Positions 10,103 through 17,798 of a stretch of 19,063 bases of DNA are shown one piece after another. Position 1 is the stretch's first letter; each line of letters starts with the position of its first letter. The position numbers were made by a program, and so were the translations under genes. The notes below the pieces were generated by a model that was not told the origin of the DNA, did no database searches, and saw only the letters and a list, made by a program, of their open reading frames with translations. Source of the DNA: Promethearchaeota archaeon (GTDB taxonomy: Archaea > Asgardarchaeota > Lokiarchaeia > Sigyniarchaeales > SOKP01); NCBI GenBank assembly GCA_016930515.1, contig JAFGGO010000037.1, forward strand, positions 1 through 19,063. Direction: 5' to 3'.

Positions 10103-11269
10103 ATGGATTATCGTATTAGATACTGTAAAAATTGCGTGATGCCTGAAACAAAACCAGATCTATACATTGATGAAGATGGAATCTGTAATGCGTGTCGTAG
10201 CTATATGAACAGAAAAGAAATCGATTGGAAAGCAAGAAAAGACGAATTACTGAAGATTCTCGAAAAATATCGGTCAAAAGATGGTTCTAATTGGGATTGC
10301 ATCATTCCTGTAAGCGGTGGAAAGGATAGCCACTTTCAAACGATAAGAATGCTCGAATTAGGGATGAATCCATTATGTGTCACAGCTACGACTTGTGACC
10401 TTTCTGATATTGGAAGAAAAAACATCGAAAATATCAAAAATCTTGGCGTCGATTATATTGAATTTTCGCCCAATAAACAAATCCGCAGAAAACTCAATAA
10501 AATTGGCTTGAAACAAGTTGGAGACATTTCGTGGCCTGAACATGTGGGCATCTTTACAATGCCCATTCAGGTTGCCGTTCAATACAATGTTCCACTTATT
10601 GTATGGGGTGAAAATTCTCAAAACGAGTATGGTGGTCCTGCTGCAGATGCTGAGAACAATGTGTTGAATCGAAGGTGGTTGGAAGAATTTGGAGGTCTTT
10701 TAGGTCTACGTGTTTCTGATTTGATAGGGATGGATGGAATAAAAAAGAATCATTTAATCCCTTATGTTTATCCATCAGACGAAGAACTACAACGAGTTGG
10801 TGTTACTGGCATTTTTCTTGGTTTTTACATTCCTTGGGATGGATATTCAAACGCATTAATCGCACAGGGATATGGTTTTACAACCTATCATATGACAATT
10901 GAAGGATCGTGCGTGAATTACGAAAATTTAGATAATCATCAAACTGGAATTCACGATTATTTTAAATACCTGAAGTTTGGATTCGGTCGGGCAACTGATT
11001 TGGCTTGTTTGCATATTAGAAGAGGGCGCATAACTAGAAAGGACGGATTGGAATTAGTAAAACGACACGACGGAAAATTTCCATGGACATATCTTGGAAA
11101 ACCTATTGAAGAAATTTTATTACCACTTGATATTACATTAGAAGAATTCGTTAAAATATGCGACAGGTTTACTAACAAAAAGCTTTTCAAATGTGATTCC
11201 ACTGGTAGACTCATAAAAAACCACGATGGAAATCTGACTAAAATTAACTACGACAATATAGATGCCTAA
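10103..11269 (+). CDS. wbuX: N-acetyl sugar amidotransferase (WbuX/PseA/AglX family), copy 2
   Basis: CKNC...TKP...CNAC, DCIIPVSGGKDS, WGENSQNEYGG and KYLKFGFGRATD. Directly followed by hisH- and hisF-like genes, as in wbuXYZ/aglXYZ. Confidence 0.92.
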   Translation: MDYRIRYCKNCVMPETKPDLYIDEDGICNACRSYMNRKEIDWKARKDELLKILEKYRSKDGSNWDCIIPVSGGKDSHFQTIRMLELGMNPLCVTATTCDLSDIGRKNIENIKNLGVDYIEFSPNKQIRRKLNKIGLKQVGDISWPEHVGIFTMPIQVAVQYNVPLIVWGENSQNEYGGPAADAENNVLNRRWLEEFGGLLGLRVSDLIGMDGIKKNHLIPYVYPSDEELQRVGVTGIFLGFYIPWDGYSNALIAQGYGFTTYHMTIEGSCVNYENLDNHQTGIHDYFKYLKFGFGRATDLACLHIRRGRITRKDGLELVKRHDGKFPWTYLGKPIEEILLPLDITLEEFVKICDRFTNKKLFKCDSTGRLIKNHDGNLTKINYDNIDA

Positions 11270-11290
11270 ATTATTGATTTTGGTGGATAT

Positions 11291-11911
11291 ATAACGAATC
11301 GTACATTAATTATCGATTATAATATGGGAAATATTGACTCTATTTGCAGGGCTATAGAGGAATGCGGAGGAGATCCTATTGTTTCTAATAAACACGAGGA
11401 ATTTGAATTAGCTTCTCGAATTATCTTGCCTGGCGTCGGATCGTTTGATAAAGCAATGCAAAATATAGATAAATTCGAATTGAAACCAATCCTCAAGGAA
11501 CAAGTGTTAGAAAAAAAAAAACCTTTATTGGGAATATGTTTGGGAATGCAGATACTTGCTGTAAAAGGTACTGAGGGTGGAGAAACTGAAGGCCTTGGGT
11601 TTATTGATGGTGAGGTTGTGCTCCTGAAACCTGAGAACCACGCAACAAGAATTCCTCATGTGGGTTGGAACGAGGTACATTTTGAAAAAAATTCTCCTTT
11701 ATTTAATAACCTTCAATCGGGAAGAGACTTTTATTTTGTACATAGTTATCATTTCAACTGCGAAAAAGAAGAAAATATTTTAGCAATAACACCCTATTGC
11801 GGAAAGTTCGTTTCAGTAGTAAACGAAAAGAATGTATATGGCGTTCAATTCCATCCCGAAAAGAGTCAATTAGCTGGATTTGAAATATTAAAGAATTTCC
11901 TAGACTTATAG
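11291..11911 (+). CDS. hisH: Imidazole glycerol phosphate synthase HisH-like class I glutaminase (WbuY/AglY-type paralog)
   Basis: LPGVGSF, GICLGMQ (catalytic Cys), PHVGWN, YFVHSY and QFHPEKS (His-Glu). The conserved first strand IIDYNMGN begins upstream of ATG 11324, so the start is placed tentatively at ATA 11291 after GGTGG (11282-11286). Start uncertain. Confidence 0.9.
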   Translation: MTNRTLIIDYNMGNIDSICRAIEECGGDPIVSNKHEEFELASRIILPGVGSFDKAMQNIDKFELKPILKEQVLEKKKPLLGICLGMQILAVKGTEGGETEGLGFIDGEVVLLKPENHATRIPHVGWNEVHFEKNSPLFNNLQSGRDFYFVHSYHFNCEKEENILAITPYCGKFVSVVNEKNVYGVQFHPEKSQLAGFEILKNFLDL

Positions 11912-11920
11912 GTGCCCAAA

Positions 11921-12685
11921 ATGCTTAAAGTACGAATTATGCCGACCTTGTTATATAAGGACACTACTCTCGTAAAAGGGGTGAGTTTTGATAGTTGGAG
12001 GCGAATTGGATATTTAATGCAAGCTATTAAAGTTTACAACATCCGACAAGTTGACGAGTTGGTTTTTATGGATATAACAGCTACAAAGCAATCCAGAGCT
12101 CCTGATTTTAATCTAGTTGATGATTTCGCCGATGATTGTTTCATGCCACTAACCGTAGGTGGTGGTATTAAAACTATAGATGATGTTAGAAAATTACTTG
12201 CAAAGGGCGCCGATAAAGTGTCCGTTTGTACTTCAGCTGTCATTAATCCAAGTTTAATCAGTAATATTGCCTCCGAATTTGGTTCGCAATGTGTTGTGGT
12301 TTCTATTGATGTTAAAAAACACGAAAATGGAATATACGAGGTATTTACCGAAAGTGGAACAAAGCCTTCTGGATTGGATCCCTTAGACTTTGCAATAGAA
12401 ATGGAAAATCGAAACGCAGGAGAAATTTTGCTAACTTCGATAGATCGAGATGGCACGATGAGCGGATACGATATCGATTTAATTAAAAGCGTTGCAAATT
12501 CGGTATCAATACCTGTTATTGCGTCTGGTGGTGCTGGAAATTATCAACACATGTTGGAAGCTATTAAAATAGGTAATGCGGATGCCGTTGCAGCTTCGAG
12601 CATATTTCATTTTACTGAGCAGACTCCGCTTGAGGCAAAATATTATTTAAAAGATAAGGGAATTAATGTTAGGCTTTATAAGTAG
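11921..12685 (+). CDS. hisF: HisF-like cyclase paralog (WbuZ/AglZ/HisF2), ammonia channel for acetamidino formation
   Basis: DELVFMDI, PLTVGGGI, GADKV, GEILLTSIDRDGT and PVIASGGAG. The first strand RIMPTLLY lacks the catalytic Asp of biosynthetic HisF (RIIxCLD). ATG 11921 follows AGGTG (11910-11914); GTG 11912 is an alternative start. Confidence 0.9.
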   Translation: MLKVRIMPTLLYKDTTLVKGVSFDSWRRIGYLMQAIKVYNIRQVDELVFMDITATKQSRAPDFNLVDDFADDCFMPLTVGGGIKTIDDVRKLLAKGADKVSVCTSAVINPSLISNIASEFGSQCVVVSIDVKKHENGIYEVFTESGTKPSGLDPLDFAIEMENRNAGEILLTSIDRDGTMSGYDIDLIKSVANSVSIPVIASGGAGNYQHMLEAIKIGNADAVAASSIFHFTEQTPLEAKYYLKDKGINVRLYK

Positions 12686-12802
12686 CTCCTAAATAAAAAA
12701 TCAAATGATTTACCCCTTCTATATTTTTTAAACTTAGATTCATAAAAGTTGCAATTTAATAATTGATTAAAATTTAAATGAAATGAAGAGTTTCACATTA
12801 AT

Positions 12803-13408
12803 ATGTCCCAGGAAAACGAGAAAAAAGGAACTTGGTTCGGAGATTTTGGTATTCAATACACTGTAAGGAACAAGATCGTTCCAGAAAAATTAGTACCTTT
12901 TTACAAGAGAATTTTGAAAGATTTAGATGTCCAGAAAATCTTAGAAGTGGGTTGTAATCGAGGACATAATCTAAACGCCATTTCTTATTGTGGGCAATAC
13001 GATTTATATGGTATTGACATCAATCCTTACGGTATACTCCTCGCCAGAGACAACAATAAAGAAATATCATTCACGGTGGGAAATATATTTGACATCCTCT
13101 ATAAAGATAATTTCTTTGACCTCGTGATGACCGTTGGAGTACTCATCCACATCAACCCAGAGCAGTTGAAAATCGCTATTAGCGAAATCTTGAGAGTTTC
13201 AAAAAAATACTTTCTCATGATGGAATACAATTACGATTTTGATGAGTTTGAGAAAGTTCCATATAGAAATAATGTTGGTCTCTGGAGAGGTAACTTTAAA
13301 AAATTAGTTCTGGACAATTTTAATGTCAAACTCGTATCAGAAGGCGAAACCGGTCCAGAAGAAGGTTTTGGTGATAAAAGAGGATATTTCTTATTTGAAA
13401 AACAATAA
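12803..13408 (+). CDS. Pseudaminic acid biosynthesis-associated class I SAM methyltransferase
   Basis: WFGDFGIQYTVRN, SAM-binding ILEVGCNRGHNL, GIDIN, FDLVMTVGVLIHINP and MEY match the Pse-associated methylase pattern. Confidence 0.85.
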   Translation: MSQENEKKGTWFGDFGIQYTVRNKIVPEKLVPFYKRILKDLDVQKILEVGCNRGHNLNAISYCGQYDLYGIDINPYGILLARDNNKEISFTVGNIFDILYKDNFFDLVMTVGVLIHINPEQLKIAISEILRVSKKYFLMMEYNYDFDEFEKVPYRNNVGLWRGNFKKLVLDNFNVKLVSEGETGPEEGFGDKRGYFLFEKQ

Positions 13409-13463
13409 TTTTCTTGTTTATTATTGATTAAAAATTTACTTTTTATATTTGGAATTATTAATC

Positions 13464-14216
13464 ATGAGTAAGAATAAGATTGGAGTAATTGTTCAAGCGA
13501 GAATGGGATCCACGAGGCTCCCCGGCAAGATTCTAAAAATCTTACACGAGAAAGAACGAGTAATCGATATATTAATTAAAAGACTCAAGTTAAGCAAAAA
13601 ATTAGACGAGATCATTATTGCCACAACTCCTGATATTAAAAACGAAGCTATTATTGAAGTTGCTACAGAACACGAAGTGAAATCATTCGTGGGCGATGAA
13701 GACAATGTTTTGTCAAGATATTTTTACGCAGCTAAAAAATTTAATCTAGATGTAATCATACGAATCACTTCGGATTGTCCATTCGTAGATCCAATGATCC
13801 TTGACGATATGATAAATTTTTTTCAATCAAACAACTATGATTATGTGAGGAATGTTGACGAAACTACAAATTTCCCACGTGGGTTTGAGATTGAAATCTT
13901 TTCGAGTAAAGTTTTAAGCGAAATTTTCACCGAGGCCAAAACCAAGCCAGAAAAAGAACACGTAACTTACTATATCTACACACATCCTGAAAAATTCACA
14001 ATGTTCTCTTATAATATTGAGAAATTAAAGAAAATTGATAATCTAAGACTTACTATCGATGAAGAAGCCGATTTAAAGATGTGTAGAGAAATATATAAAA
14101 GATTGATTGAAAAACAAAAACCTGTTGATTTTTCAATCTTCGATATCGTTAAGATCGTGGAAGATTCGCCTGAACTAATGGAAATTAATAAATCTGTTCA
14201 ACAAAAAAAAGTTTAA
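13464..14216 (+). CDS. spsF: Acylneuraminate cytidylyltransferase family protein (SpsF-type; PseF role, CMP-nonulosonate synthetase)
   Basis: IVQARMGSTRLPGK, GDEDNVLSRY, RITSDCPFVDP, PRGFEIE, EHVT and RLTIDEEAD. ATG 13464 is preferred over TTG 13449. Confidence 0.88.
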   Translation: MSKNKIGVIVQARMGSTRLPGKILKILHEKERVIDILIKRLKLSKKLDEIIIATTPDIKNEAIIEVATEHEVKSFVGDEDNVLSRYFYAAKKFNLDVIIRITSDCPFVDPMILDDMINFFQSNNYDYVRNVDETTNFPRGFEIEIFSSKVLSEIFTEAKTKPEKEHVTYYIYTHPEKFTMFSYNIEKLKKIDNLRLTIDEEADLKMCREIYKRLIEKQKPVDFSIFDIVKIVEDSPELMEINKSVQQKKV

Positions 14217-14293
14217 AACGAAATCGCTCTTGATGTTAAGTGATGTTATTATTATTATTCTAATATCTATTAAGTTTGAAAAAGTATGACATT

Positions 14294-15340
14294 ATGATGA
14301 AAAACATTAGTCTTGGAAATAGAAAAATAGGAAAAAACCAACCCGTATTCGTAATTGCCGAAGCGGGAGCGAATCACGATCGAAACTTGAATCAAGCAAA
14401 AAAATTAATTGAGATCGCAGCAGATGCCGAAGCAGACGCCGTAAAATTCCAAACATATTCTGCCGAAACGCTTTATTCGAAAAAAACGACGACACCTGAT
14501 TATTTGGAGGGCAAAATGGAACAAGAATCGGTCTGGCAAATGATAAAAAATATCGAATTACCGCGTGAATGGCAAGGAGAACTTGCGGATTATTCTCGTT
14601 CTCACGATCTAATCTTTCTTTCAACACCATTTGACTATCAAGCAATCGAAGAACTCGAGGCCCTCAATGTTTTAGCTTATAAAATCGCATCCTTTGAGAT
14701 CGTTGATTTACCGTTTCTAAAAAAATTAGCGAGAACAAAAAAACCGATAATTCTTTCAACGGGAATGGCAAGCATGGGGGATATTGAAGACGCAATCAAC
14801 GCAATTCACGAGGAAAAAAACAACGAGATCGCTCTCTTGCATTGTGCAATAAATTACCCTCCTCCCTTCAAAGATCTCAACCTTAACGCAATAAAAACCC
14901 TTAAAAAAGCGTTTCAACTTCCTGTGGGATATTCTGATCATACGATGAGTACAACTATTCCTGCCGTTTGTGTTGCTTTGGGCGTCTCAATCATCGAAAA
15001 GCATTACACCATAGATCGCTCTCTAAAAGGTCCGGACCACAAATTTGCTCTCCAACCACTTGAATTAAAAGAAATGGTAAAAAATATCCGAGAAACTGAA
15101 ATGTCTCTTGGTAGCTCAATAAAATTCATGCCAAATTCAGAAAAAAACTTGTACACTCTTGCTCGAAGAAGTATCATTGCCGCAAGGCATATACCTAAGG
15201 GTAAATCAATTCAGAAAGAAGACATTGTTATAAAACGCCCGGGATATGGTATTTCCCCAAAATTCTTGGATATAGTGATCGGGAGACCAGCAAGGACAGA
15301 TATTGAAGAAGACGATGTAATAACATGGGATTTGATATAA
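14294..15340 (+). CDS. pseI: N-acetylneuraminate synthase family protein (NeuB/PseI/SpsE) with C-terminal SAF/antifreeze-like domain
   Basis: IAEAGANH, AVKFQTY, STPFD, KIASFE, LSTGM, LLHC, GYSDHT, IEKHYT, GPDH and RRS...KRPGYG. Pse specificity is inferred from the pseG/pseC context. Start is ATG 14294 or 14297 (TTG 14276 possible). Confidence 0.9.
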   Translation: MMKNISLGNRKIGKNQPVFVIAEAGANHDRNLNQAKKLIEIAADAEADAVKFQTYSAETLYSKKTTTPDYLEGKMEQESVWQMIKNIELPREWQGELADYSRSHDLIFLSTPFDYQAIEELEALNVLAYKIASFEIVDLPFLKKLARTKKPIILSTGMASMGDIEDAINAIHEEKNNEIALLHCAINYPPPFKDLNLNAIKTLKKAFQLPVGYSDHTMSTTIPAVCVALGVSIIEKHYTIDRSLKGPDHKFALQPLELKEMVKNIRETEMSLGSSIKFMPNSEKNLYTLARRSIIAARHIPKGKSIQKEDIVIKRPGYGISPKFLDIVIGRPARTDIEEDDVITWDLI

Positions 15341-16119
15341 CCTTGGTTAAAAATATTCACTTTGGAGTTAAATTATCTACAAATCAATTTGAACTTCTTA
15401 AGGAGATATATGAAAATAGAAATATTATTGATTTTTTAGAAGTAATTCTTCCTTGTGACTTTTCAAAACACGATTTATTTAGAATAAAAGATTTAAGTTT
15501 ACCTTATTCGATCCATTTACCTCACAGTAAATATGGAATAGATTTTGGGAGTATAGAAAGTCAAGAATCCAATTCCGCTCTTATTGAAAAAATAAATTCA
15601 AATTTGAAAATATTCAATCAATTAAAGCCACTTTGCTATATTTTACACCCAGAATCAGGAGATATTGATTTATCGATTCAAAATATAAAAAAATTGAAAA
15701 TAACCCCATTAGCGATAGAAAATATGCCATATAAATCAATTTTTGGTGGCTTTTTATTAGGGTTCAGTGCCAAAACAATCAGTAAATATTTTCAAGTTAT
15801 TCCTAATTTAGAGTTCTGCTTCGATTTAAACCACGCAATTAAAGCCGGATTATCTAATCATAATATGAATTACCAAAAATTATTTAAATCTTTCGTCAAT
15901 CTTAAAAAACCCATTCTTTATCATATATCAAATGGAAATTTAGATATTGAATTTGACGAACACCTTCCACTGATATTCGGACAATATGATCTATCGAAAA
16001 TCAAGCATTTTTTATTAGAACAAAATTCGCTTGTTTTTCTAACTTTTGAAACACCTCGAACTAGTGAAAAAGGAATAATGGATGATTTAAATAACATAAA
16101 ACAATTTATAAGATCTTAA
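15325..16119 (+). CDS. Xylose isomerase-like TIM-barrel protein (sugar phosphate isomerase/epimerase, AP endonuclease 2 fold)
   Basis: IHLPH, LHPE, IENMP, CFDLNH, YHIS, DEHLPL..G and TFETP give the E-D-H-E metal ligand set. ATG 15325 overlaps the pseI end; TTG 15343 is an alternative start. Confidence 0.75.
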   Translation: MGFDITLVKNIHFGVKLSTNQFELLKEIYENRNIIDFLEVILPCDFSKHDLFRIKDLSLPYSIHLPHSKYGIDFGSIESQESNSALIEKINSNLKIFNQLKPLCYILHPESGDIDLSIQNIKKLKITPLAIENMPYKSIFGGFLLGFSAKTISKYFQVIPNLEFCFDLNHAIKAGLSNHNMNYQKLFKSFVNLKKPILYHISNGNLDIEFDEHLPLIFGQYDLSKIKHFLLEQNSLVFLTFETPRTSEKGIMDDLNNIKQFIRS

Positions 16120-16139
16120 AAGTATAAAAAGAATTAATT

Positions 16140-16598
16140 ATGAATATTGAAAAAAAAGCTATTACAGTCATACCTGCAGAGAAGGAAAATAAAACTCATT
16201 CAAAAGGAGTATGGACAATTTTTAATGAAGATATTGGATATAAAATTTTAACTACGAAAGAAATTCCTTATGAAGATCATTTAAAATGGTGGGATCAAGT
16301 TTTTAATGATGAATATATCTATATCATTCAATTTAAATCAGAAATCTGTGGATATATTCGTTTAACAAAAAAGCATACAAGTACAAAAGAAAAACATGAA
16401 ATTAGCATTGCAATTAGTAAAAAATATCAAGGTACTGGTTTAAGTCATACTGCTTATTCCCTTTTTGAATCAGAAATGAAGAAATTTGGAGTAACTCAAA
16501 TAATAGCTAAAACTCATTATGAAAATGCAAAAAGTCAACATTTTTTTGAAAAGATTGGATTTGAAAAATCTTATATAAAATTTTCAAAAAATATCTAA
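16140..16598 (+). CDS. GNAT family N-acetyltransferase, PseH-like
   Basis: IPYEDHLKWW (PseH-like I-x-x-E-x-H-x-x-W), GYIRL, acetyl-CoA loop YQGTG and NAKSQHFFEKIGF. Confidence 0.8.
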   Translation: MNIEKKAITVIPAEKENKTHSKGVWTIFNEDIGYKILTTKEIPYEDHLKWWDQVFNDEYIYIIQFKSEICGYIRLTKKHTSTKEKHEISIAISKKYQGTGLSHTAYSLFESEMKKFGVTQIIAKTHYENAKSQHFFEKIGFEKSYIKFSKNI

Positions 16599-16604
16599 TT
16601 TAAA

Positions 16605-17798
16605 TTATTTCCTATAATAAGTAATTATTTTTTCTATAGCGTTAATGACATCATATACATCTTCATCGTTCATTTTTGGAAAGATAGGAATAGATAATAT
16701 CCGAGGAAATAACCATTCTACATTTGGAAGCATCCCTATCTTATATCCAAAATTTTTTTGATAAAACGAGTGGTAGTGAACAGGGATGTAATGAACATTG
16801 ACGCCGATATTTTCTTCTCTTAAAGCGTTAAATATATGGTCTCTATCTACTTTCAAGTTTTGCGTATCTATTTGAATCACATATAAATGCCAAGAATGTT
16901 TTATATCTGGTATTCTATAAGGGATCGTGATCTCATTTATGGATTGAAGCTCCCTATCGTAGATTTTTACTATTTCTCTTCTTCTCCTCTGAAACGAGTC
17001 AAGCTTTTTAAGTTGATGTATGCCCAAGGCAGCGTGTAGTTCGCTTAAATTATATCGGTATCCTAAATATTGCATATCGTATTCGTAACCCCCAGATTTT
17101 CCAAACCTCTTTTCAGCGTCCCTGGTAATTCCGTGCGTTCTATACATGAGTAATCTTTCGTATAAATCATCATCGTTCGTTGTAACCATCCCTCCCTCTG
17201 CAGTTGTTATGTTTTTGACTGGATGAAAGCTAAAAATTGTCATGTCGCTGATATTTCCTATTTTTTTACCCTTATATTCGGCGTCTATTGCGTGAGCAGC
17301 GTCTTCTATAATCTTCAAGTCGTGATCTTCGGCAATTTCGAGAATCTCGTCCATTTCGCATGGTTGGCCCGTAAAATGTACGGGTATAATTGCTTTTGTT
17401 TTTGGAGTAATTTTTTTCCTTATTTCTTTTGGATCAATATTATATGATTCTTTATTTATATCCGCAAGAACTGGTGTTCCGCCTCGATAAACCACGCAAT
17501 TTGCAGAAGCAACGAATGTAAGAGGTGTTGTTATTACTTCGTCTCCTGGATTTATTTCGATACTAGATGCGGCCACATGTAATGCAGCAGTCCCTGAGTT
17601 AACTGCCACGGCGTGTTTTGATCCTCTAAATTCCTTGAAATTCTCTTCAAAAAGCCTCATCTTTGGTCCTGTAGTGATCCAGTTCGACTTTAGGACCTCA
17701 ATTACTTCGTTTATTTCCGCTTCGTCGATCCATTGCGTTCCATAAGGCAAAAAAGTCTCTCTTATAGGCGATCCTCCTTCGATTGCAGGTTTTTCCAC
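16605..17798 (-). CDS. pseC: UDP-4-amino-4,6-dideoxy-N-acetyl-L-altrosamine transaminase (PseC/SpsC; DegT/DnrJ/EryC1/StrS family)
   Basis: LPYG.QWID, WITTGP, NSGTAALH, TFVASAN, IEDAAHA, FSFHPVKNITTAEGG (PLP Lys) and NVHYIPVH. The GTG start overlaps the upstream TAG (TAGTG). Confidence 0.9.
   Translation of the reverse strand: MEKPAIEGGSPIRETFLPYGTQWIDEAEINEVIEVLKSNWITTGPKMRLFEENFKEFRGSKHAVAVNSGTAALHVAASSIEINPGDEVITTPLTFVASANCVVYRGGTPVLADINKESYNIDPKEIRKKITPKTKAIIPVHFTGQPCEMDEILEIAEDHDLKIIEDAAHAIDAEYKGKKIGNISDMTIFSFHPVKNITTAEGGMVTTNDDDLYERLLMYRTHGITRDAEKRFGKSGGYEYDMQYLGYRYNLSELHAALGIHQLKKLDSFQRRRREIVKIYDRELQSINEITIPYRIPDIKHSWHLYVIQIDTQNLKVDRDHIFNALREENIGVNVHYIPVHYHSFYQKNFGYKIGMLPNVEWLFPRILSIPIFPKMNDEDVYDVINAIEKIITYYRK

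Noticed and set aside
11291-12685. Histidine biosynthesis operon
   Set aside because: No other his genes are present, HisF lacks its first catalytic Asp, and the context is WbuX/AglX.
4333-15340. Sialic acid or legionaminic acid pathway
   Set aside because: No NeuC/LegG hydrolysing 2-epimerase is in the window, and PseG and PseC motifs favour Pse. Not fully excluded, since Bacillus Sps homologues are linked to legionaminic acid.
16596-16607. Perfect 12-bp palindrome TAATTTAAATTA formed by two convergent stop codons
   Set aside because: It is all A/T and half is forced by the two TAA codons; not a credible terminator or operator on its own.
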